DNA from: Gammaproteobacteria bacterium
GTDB lineage: Bacteria; Pseudomonadota; Gammaproteobacteria; HK1
DNA length: 40,544 nucleotides
Direction: 5' to 3'
Assembly: GCA_041581935.1 (NCBI GenBank)
Contig: JBFICP010000001.1
Location: forward strand, 1-40,544
Shown: piece after piece, positions 35,250 through 40,544 of the stretch
Position numbering within the stretch: position 1 is the first letter of the stretch
Layout: each line of letters begins with the position of its first letter
The notes under the pieces: model-generated
The model's database searches: none
Seen by the model: the letters and a program-made list of their open reading frames with translations, nothing else
Told to the model about the DNA's origin: nothing
Position numbers and translations under genes: made by a program

Positions 35250-35841
35250 CCTTTTCGACGACGAAAGCGGCGCCACCGTGTTTCGCGACGTGATCATGCT
35301 GGCGCTCGCCGGATTCGTGATGATCGTCATGTTGCTTCTCCCGCACATCAATCCCCGTGCCGCTGAAGAGCAGGAAGCACGCAGCCCTGGAAACGTCATC
35401 GTCGAGCTGCGCTGGCCCGACCACATTGACGCAGACGTGGACCTTTGGGTGGAGGGCCCGAATGATTCACCGGTCGGATATTCGAACAAGGATGGAAGGG
35501 TGTTCAATCTGCTGCGAGACGACCTGGGACGCGATTCAGACCTGACCGATCTCAATTACGAGTTCTCGTATAGCCGCGGCGTCCCCGCGGGAGAGTATAC
35601 GGTCAATGTGCATTTGTATCGAAACAGCGGGCATTACTATCCAATTCCGGTCACTGTCGCGGTCAGCGTGAAAGGTAACGACGCCTCGTCGTCACAACGC
35701 TTGCTGAACACGAAGCTGGACCTTCTGCGTGAAGGACAGGAAACCACGGTGTTTCGCTTTCAGCTCAACGAAAATGGCGATCTCATAGCAGGAAGCGTGC
35801 ACGATCTTCCGCGCGCGCTGCGCAGCAGGGTGAAATTGTGA
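35236..35841 (+). CDS. ExbD/TolR/MotB-like membrane-anchored protein with a non-canonical (DUF2135/YfaP-like?) periplasmic beta-domain
   Basis: 201 aa. It overlaps the MotA-like gene by 14 nt. The single TM has a conserved-position Asp (TVFRDVIMLALAGFVMIVMLLL; compare ExbD F-I-D-V-M-L-V-L-L). The periplasmic part is VIVELRWPDHIDADVDLWVEGPNDSPVGYSN...PAGEYTVNVHLY. Confidence 0.7.
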   Translation: MREIDLFDDESGATVFRDVIMLALAGFVMIVMLLLPHINPRAAEEQEARSPGNVIVELRWPDHIDADVDLWVEGPNDSPVGYSNKDGRVFNLLRDDLGRDSDLTDLNYEFSYSRGVPAGEYTVNVHLYRNSGHYYPIPVTVAVSVKGNDASSSQRLLNTKLDLLREGQETTVFRFQLNENGDLIAGSVHDLPRALRSRVKL

Positions 35842-36377
35842 CCGAGCTCTATATCTTGTTTGCCGCGTCGACGGCGCTGGCTGCTCTTCTGGCGATGATC
35901 AGCATTTGGTCGCATCGCAAGCTGACCGCCAAGGTGACGGCATTGGTAGCAACTGCGCTTTTCATCCCCACGGTGTACATGAGTTACTCTGATCTGCTGA
36001 GCCGCCCGAAGCCCGCCAGTCTGGAATGGTGGCACCGGGATGCGTCTGAAGCCACAGTCGTCGGCTCGAAGCTGCGAGAGGGGGAAGCGATCTATCTGTG
36101 GATCGAGTTGGCGGAGGCCGACGAGCCGCGTGCCTACCGGTTGCCCTGGGCGCAGGAGCTGGCCAAGCAGCTCTACGGCGCTCAGCGCGAGGCGGAGGCA
36201 AAAGGAACGAAGGTGAAGATGCGCTTGCCGTTCAGGAACCGAACCGACGAGCAGGAGCTGCTGTTCTACGCTCAACCGCAGCCGCCGCTACCGCCCAAGA
36301 GTGCCGGGCGCGAATCATCCAGCTACTTTCAGCATTCCAGCACGCGTTCAAGGCGCAACGACATCGGCGGAAGCTGA
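35838..36377 (+). CDS. Hypothetical 2-TM membrane protein, third gene of the MotA-like module
   Basis: 179 aa. Its start and the upstream stop overlap as GTGA. The TM helices are LYILFAASTALAALLAMISIW and VTALVATALFIPTVYMSY. The soluble C-terminal part has no recognisable motif. Confidence 0.6.
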   Translation: MTELYILFAASTALAALLAMISIWSHRKLTAKVTALVATALFIPTVYMSYSDLLSRPKPASLEWWHRDASEATVVGSKLREGEAIYLWIELAEADEPRAYRLPWAQELAKQLYGAQREAEAKGTKVKMRLPFRNRTDEQELLFYAQPQPPLPPKSAGRESSSYFQHSSTRSRRNDIGGS

Positions 36378-37475
36378 CGGTTTGCGGCGGCGATCGGCAC
36401 CGAGCCGTGGTGCCGGCGTAATGACCGACTGAAATGCCTGGCCACGGTCGGGCGCCTGCGCCTCGTCGGGCATCGTCGAGGCATCGGGAATCGCGATCGT
36501 CAACACGACACCCAGAGCGCCCGCGGCGACGACTGCCACGCGCCATCGGCGCAACAATCCCCACGGTCGGCGTTGCGGACCTTTTTCGCCAGCCATGATT
36601 CGCTCGAGGAGTTCCCTGGCGACGGAGCCGACGGCGCCGACGAGTCCGCGGGATCTGCGCGTGACAATCGATACCAGATCGGCATCGAACGGGCTGTCGC
36701 CGACCAGACCGGCGCGACACAGACACATGTGCAAATAATCACTGACCTGTTCGTGGTCGAATCGAGGCATATCGAACGTGGCGACGGCACCCGAAAAGCG
36801 AGCGGTCCCGGGGAGCGCTTCGAGGTGCGGCATCAAGTCGGGCTCGGCACCGATCAGAAACCGAACCCCGTATTTCTCCCAGCGCTTGGCAAGGTACTTG
36901 AGCTGGCCGAGGGCATCGGGCTCGAGAAGGTGGGCGTCATCGATGACGATGACGACGTTGCGCGAGCGAGCCGTGATCATCTCGAGAAACGTGTCCGCAT
37001 CCCTCAGCTCGGCAACGACCGGTTCGCGCAGCGGCAGACCGAAAGTCGATACCAGTGCGTGAGTGAGCGCCTTGGCATCGTATTGGACAAGCCCCCGCAG
37101 GTAGAAAACCCTGAATCGTCCGGCTGCTGCTGCGGCGACCATATCCAGCATGGTGCTCTTGCCGCTGCCCGGTTCGTCGACCAGCAACACGTTGGCGTGC
37201 TCGAGCGCCCGGCCAAGCTCTTCGAGGCGCGCGGTGAGGGCCGGCGTGCTGAAGTAGAACGCGCGGTCCGCGGTGTTTGGGAAGGGCTCCTTTTCAAAGC
37301 TGAAGGCTCGCATACGCAGAAAGGATCGGCCGTCTTCGTCGGTAATTGATAGGAATTCGTCCCGGCCTTTGGGTTTACCGTCACATCGTTCATTCGGTGG
37401 AGGCGGGACACCCGGAGCGAGACGGTGCGCAAACACCTCGTCCCCCGGCGACAAGGCGTCATCCGTCGCTTGCAT
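36348..37475 (-). CDS. ExeA/GspA-like AAA ATPase with a C-terminal TM anchor, lacking a peptidoglycan-binding domain
   Basis: The ExeA-type N-terminus is FEKEPFPNTADRAFYFSTPALTARLEEL. Walker A is LLVDEPGSGKSTML and Walker B is VVIVIDDAHLL. The C-terminal TM is WRVAVVAAGALGVVLTIAI, with only about 45 residues after it. The start is at 37475 or 37313 (MRAFSFEKEPF). Confidence 0.75.
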   Translation of the reverse strand: MQATDDALSPGDEVFAHRLAPGVPPPPNERCDGKPKGRDEFLSITDEDGRSFLRMRAFSFEKEPFPNTADRAFYFSTPALTARLEELGRALEHANVLLVDEPGSGKSTMLDMVAAAAAGRFRVFYLRGLVQYDAKALTHALVSTFGLPLREPVVAELRDADTFLEMITARSRNVVIVIDDAHLLEPDALGQLKYLAKRWEKYGVRFLIGAEPDLMPHLEALPGTARFSGAVATFDMPRFDHEQVSDYLHMCLCRAGLVGDSPFDADLVSIVTRRSRGLVGAVGSVARELLERIMAGEKGPQRRPWGLLRRWRVAVVAAGALGVVLTIAIPDASTMPDEAQAPDRGQAFQSVITPAPRLGADRRRKPSASADVVAP

Positions 37476-37668
37476 TCGGCCACGCCATCAAAATCGCACG
37501 ATGTACCTGTTCAGCGCGTTGCAGGACGGGACGCAGCCGACGTTGCCCAGGATTTCGGAATTGCCGAACGGCCGGCGCCCTTGGCAGCCGCGTAAGACGT
37601 CGCCCACAATCTCGGCCGCCGGCCGATCTTCATGACTAGAATTTTTTCCTGCCGGCGTTGGGTTGCCG

Positions 37669-38532
37669 TCAGGTCCGATAGCGCTTTGCTCTGGTGAGCA
37701 TTTCCGGTAACCCGACGATTGCGTTCTGGGACTCGAAGTCGAGCATCTTGTCGAGCTGGGAGATGGTCGTTCCTTCTCTTTTCAGTGTCTCGAGAAACGG
37801 CTGCAGCTGCTTGCCGATGAAGCGCCCGATTGCACCCGGGTGTATGACGATGGAGAACCCCAGCCGCTCGAGCTGCTTCGCGGGCAGCAGCGGCGTCATG
37901 CCCGTTTCCACCATGTTCGCGAGCAGTGGCGCGTCAAGGCTTTTGCCGATTCGCTCGAGCTCCGCCTCGCTGCGGGGCGACTCGACAAAGATGACGTCAG
38001 CGCCGGCCGCCGCGTAAGATTGTGCACGCTCGAGGGCTTCGTCGAGGCCGAGCACACCACGCGCATCGGTTCGCGCGATGATAATGAAGTCCGGGTCTTG
38101 GCGGGCATCCAGGGCCGCCGCCAGCTTGCCGAGCATATCGGACACCGGGATCAGGCGCTTGTGGTCAAAGTGCCCGCAACGTTTCGGCATCTCCTGATCT
38201 TCGATGTGGCAGCCTGCGACGCCGGCCCGCTCGTAGGCGCGAATGGTTCGCATGACGTTGACGGCGTTGCCATAACCCGTATCGGCATCGGCGATGAGGG
38301 GGATTTCGACGGCATCCGCGATTCGCCCAGCCTGGTCGAGCATCTCGGAAAAGCTAACGAGCCCCAGGTCCGGCACGCCGAGGCGCGAATGCGAAACACC
38401 GGCGCCGGTCATGTAGACGGCCTCGAATCCCGCCGTCTCCACCATGCGTGCCAGATAGGCATCGTAGGTCCCGGGACAGAGCAGAATCTCCGGCCGCTCG
38501 ATGAGGGCTTTGAGTCGCGTCGTCTTGCGCAT
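37669..38532 (-). CDS. Isocitrate lyase / PEP mutase family enzyme (2-methylisocitrate-lyase-like, KRCGH motif)
   Basis: Motifs: PGTYDAYLARMVETAGFEAVYMTGAG, ADADTGYGN, HIEDQEMPKRCGH, IIARTDA. I prefer ATG 38532 (MRKTTRLKALIE). The track ORF extends to 38598. Confidence 0.85.
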   Translation of the reverse strand: MRKTTRLKALIERPEILLCPGTYDAYLARMVETAGFEAVYMTGAGVSHSRLGVPDLGLVSFSEMLDQAGRIADAVEIPLIADADTGYGNAVNVMRTIRAYERAGVAGCHIEDQEMPKRCGHFDHKRLIPVSDMLGKLAAALDARQDPDFIIIARTDARGVLGLDEALERAQSYAAAGADVIFVESPRSEAELERIGKSLDAPLLANMVETGMTPLLPAKQLERLGFSIVIHPGAIGRFIGKQLQPFLETLKREGTTISQLDKMLDFESQNAIVGLPEMLTRAKRYRT

Positions 38533-38629
38533 CGGCGCTAGCCTAACATCGCGGCGCAAAAAAATGTCGATCCCGGTCTCACCGGAATTCGAATCCAACC
38601 TGCCGCAGGGGCGGGCGTTTCGACCGGGC

Positions 38630-39124
38630 TCAGTTGCCGACCCGCTGAAGTCCGTCGTCGAGAAAATGCTCCAGCTTCTGATAGTCGTCGCCGTCGAAGC
38701 TCTTGAACCGCAATCCGATGCGGTATTCGTTTTCCGCTACCCGGCGCGAGAATACCGCCGTGCAGCGCGTGTCGATGACGTCGGGCATGCCCGAGGACTC
38801 GGGAAAGCGCAGCCGCACGTCCACCTCCCGGGTGCTACTGGGAAGGCGGCGCTGGTCGAGGGGCAGAATGCTGTTTACCGTGATCCGATCGCAGGCAATC
38901 TGGATACCCGCCGGCGACAGGTTGACGGTGATGGCGTGGATGAGCTCGCCACTCGCTGTCGACACCTCCACGGGAAGATGCGCCGGGACCCTCGGATAGT
39001 CTCTTTTATACTTTCTCACGCGGAACTTCGCTGGCTGGGTGCGGCCACTGGCATGCTGAAGTGCGGGCCCATCAGCACCGCACCTCCCCCTGATCGAAAG
39101 CTTAGCCCAAGGACTCGTCGACAA
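38630..39124 (-). CDS. PilZ-domain protein (c-di-GMP receptor candidate)
   Basis: An RxxxR-type motif (RVRKYKRDYPR) is followed about 25 residues later by (D/N)xSxxG (NLSPAGIQI). The start is uncertain. Confidence 0.65.
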   Translation of the reverse strand: MSTSPWAKLSIRGRCGADGPALQHASGRTQPAKFRVRKYKRDYPRVPAHLPVEVSTASGELIHAITVNLSPAGIQIACDRITVNSILPLDQRRLPSSTREVDVRLRFPESSGMPDVIDTRCTAVFSRRVAENEYRIGLRFKSFDGDDYQKLEHFLDDGLQRVGN

Positions 39125-39344
39125 CCGCAGATTAGCGATTCCGCGCGTACGCTCTGCGGCCTATTTCACAGCTTTTGAACGCCACCGGCAGCAATCGAAG
39201 GACCCCGCGGAGGGGGTCCCCCGCCCCAGCTTGCCCGGCAGCACCCCGCTGGGGAAGGGCGTGTTAAGCCGGCGCCGGAGCGCCGTCCCTGCCAACCGTG
39301 TGCGCGACCGCCAGGCGCACGGCCCCGAATACGAATCAGCTTCC

Positions 39345-40289
39345 TCAGGCCGTGTTGCGCCTGCGCCGCGCCTCGGCGAGCGGTAACGCGCGCCGCTCCT
39401 CCTCGTAGGTGTCGCAACGTTCCAGGTATTCTCTGGTGCTCTTCGGCATCGGCACCCGCGCACCCGATATATAGGTGAGCAGGTCATTACCATCGGAAAT
39501 CAGCCGCATGCCCTGATCGATCATGCGCAGCTCGCTGCTGGAGGCGTGCTTGGAGATCTGCGGCCGGAACCCGAGCAGTGCCTCGCCGGCCGCTACGAAG
39601 CGCGGCCAGATTTCGAATATGGCGGTATCGGTGCGGATGGTCTCGCTCTCGAGCTTGGCTGCTTCGCAAACTTCCTTGATGAGCGGGCCAGCCCCGGAGA
39701 AAGCCCGATCGTCGGCGAACAGCTCGCACATCCTTGCGCCGATCATGTCGATGTTGCGCATGGTTTGAGCGATTTTGACGTAGCGCGAGTTGTAAAAATC
39801 CTCGATGCTCATGGTGAATGCCTTGAGCGGCTCGCCCCACAGCTCGTCGATGCCCTCATGACCGCTGTAGTGCTTGACGGTCTTTCCGAGCTCCAGCGCC
39901 TCCTGAAAGTAGTCGCCGCACTGGCGCATGAGCTCGTTGTCCGGGCTGATGTGAACGCCTTTTTCTCCGAGATCGACCACCGTTGTGAAAATGTCTGCGG
40001 CCCGATTGAATAGCGCGCCCGCGAGCATGGCGCCGTTGACGCGCTTCCTGGCGGGGTCCGGTTCGGCGTCGAAGGCGCTGCGCGCGAGGTCAAGGCTCTC
40101 GCCGGGAGTGTTGATGCCGTGCTCGGTATGATGGAACAGCCGCCGGGTGAGGCTATCGATGAGGCGCTTCTTGGCGGTCAGTGATTCCTCGGGCGGGGCG
40201 TAGTACCGAATCCAGTATCCGTCAAAATAGATGCAAGGCTTGGCGCCGACGTCCTTTCGAGTGCCGTTTTTTACTTTTTTTGACACCAC
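39345..40289 (-). CDS. Hypothetical 314-aa soluble protein, no recognisable domain
   Basis: The GTG start is preceded by GAGGAG (40290..40300). The predicted protein is helical and hydrophilic (…FYNSRYVKIAQTMRNIDMIGARMCELF…). I recognise no TM segment and no catalytic motif. Confidence 0.65.
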   Translation of the reverse strand: MVSKKVKNGTRKDVGAKPCIYFDGYWIRYYAPPEESLTAKKRLIDSLTRRLFHHTEHGINTPGESLDLARSAFDAEPDPARKRVNGAMLAGALFNRAADIFTTVVDLGEKGVHISPDNELMRQCGDYFQEALELGKTVKHYSGHEGIDELWGEPLKAFTMSIEDFYNSRYVKIAQTMRNIDMIGARMCELFADDRAFSGAGPLIKEVCEAAKLESETIRTDTAIFEIWPRFVAAGEALLGFRPQISKHASSSELRMIDQGMRLISDGNDLLTYISGARVPMPKSTREYLERCDTYEEERRALPLAEARRRRNTA

Positions 40290-40544
40290 GATCTCTCCTC
40301 ACTGCAGCTGGAAGGCGGACGCGAGTGCCGGCAAGAGGCTGTCAAAGGACCCGGCGGGAAGCATGCTTCGTGTCTGCCAGGACAAGACGATATCATACGC
40401 AGCGGGAATTTCGACTACCGATCGAGGCCCCGGCCCGTGAGTGGCGACTGGCGCGGCGACGGTGGACTCGGATCCGGGACGAGGCAAAAAAGGGGGGCGA
40501 GCCCGTGCTCGAGCGACTGTTCGACCTCGAGGGTCATGGCACCG

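Noticed and set aside
34485-36377. Interpretation of the MotA-like module as a Zorya anti-phage system, or as TolQR/ExbBD
   Set aside because: The MotA-like protein is short and lacks a long ZorA-type cytoplasmic tail. The partner lacks an OmpA/MotB peptidoglycan-binding domain. No ZorC/D-like, TonB, TolA/B or Pal genes are nearby. The module is therefore kept as an unclassified stator-like module.
40290-40544. Possible gene at the right edge (62-aa TTG-start ORF 40299..40487 on the minus strand; alternative frames on both strands)
   Set aside because: The minus-strand frame stays open to the window edge, but its upstream half is Arg/Pro-rich and looks like junk. A plus-strand frame (…GEPVLERLFDLEGHGT) and another minus frame (MTLEVEQSLEHGLAPLF…) look equally plausible. 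This cannot be resolved without flanking sequence.
1-40544. Search for CRISPR arrays, tandem repeats, tRNA/rRNA genes, IS elements, integrases, and toxin-antitoxin or restriction-modification genes
   Set aside because: I saw none by reading. The only repeats are the short REP-like palindromes. The window looks like core or accessory metabolic chromosome rather than a mobile island.

Overview
Visibly GC-rich bacterial chromosomal segment with proteobacterial-type gene content. I support about 39 CDS. I found no rRNA, tRNA, CRISPR array, transposase or integrase. From left to right the window holds: (1) two tandem REC-GGDEF(-EAL) c-di-GMP response regulators; (2) a DUF308-like membrane protein, a PuuB/OrdL-like FAD oxidoreductase and an EamA transporter; (3) a six-gene minus-strand operon (FAD oxidoreductase, glutamine-synthetase-like ligase, a three-piece split glutamate-synthase-like enzyme, and an unknown 136-aa protein) that resembles the N-methylglutamate / gamma-glutamyl-amine pathway, with a divergent GntR/FadR regulator; (4) an enolase-superfamily enzyme, a TauE/SafE exporter, TauABC-like ABC transporter genes and a Zn-alcohol dehydrogenase; (5) an oxyR-dps-peroxiredoxin/glutaredoxin oxidative-stress island; (6) an Amt ammonium transporter coupled to a 77-aa membrane protein; (7) a second, paralogous split glutamate-synthase-like operon with two gene fusions (GXGXG+FMN, and GltD-like+degenerate TIM barrel) plus a GlnT/GmaS-type GS and an XRE-cupin regulator; (8) an orphan MotA/ExbB-like proton channel coupled to an ExbD-like anchored protein with a non-ExbD periplasmic domain and a 2-TM protein, convergent with a truncated ExeA-like AAA ATPase; (9) a PrpB-like lyase, a PilZ protein and an unassignable 314-aa protein. 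The best candidates for undescribed biology are the orphan stator-like module (34485..37475) and the two glutamate-synthase-like/GS-like amine-handling clusters. The first of these clusters may be linked to the adjacent taurine-type transport genes. Many long ORFs in the track are antisense shadows typical of GC-rich DNA and were rejected.
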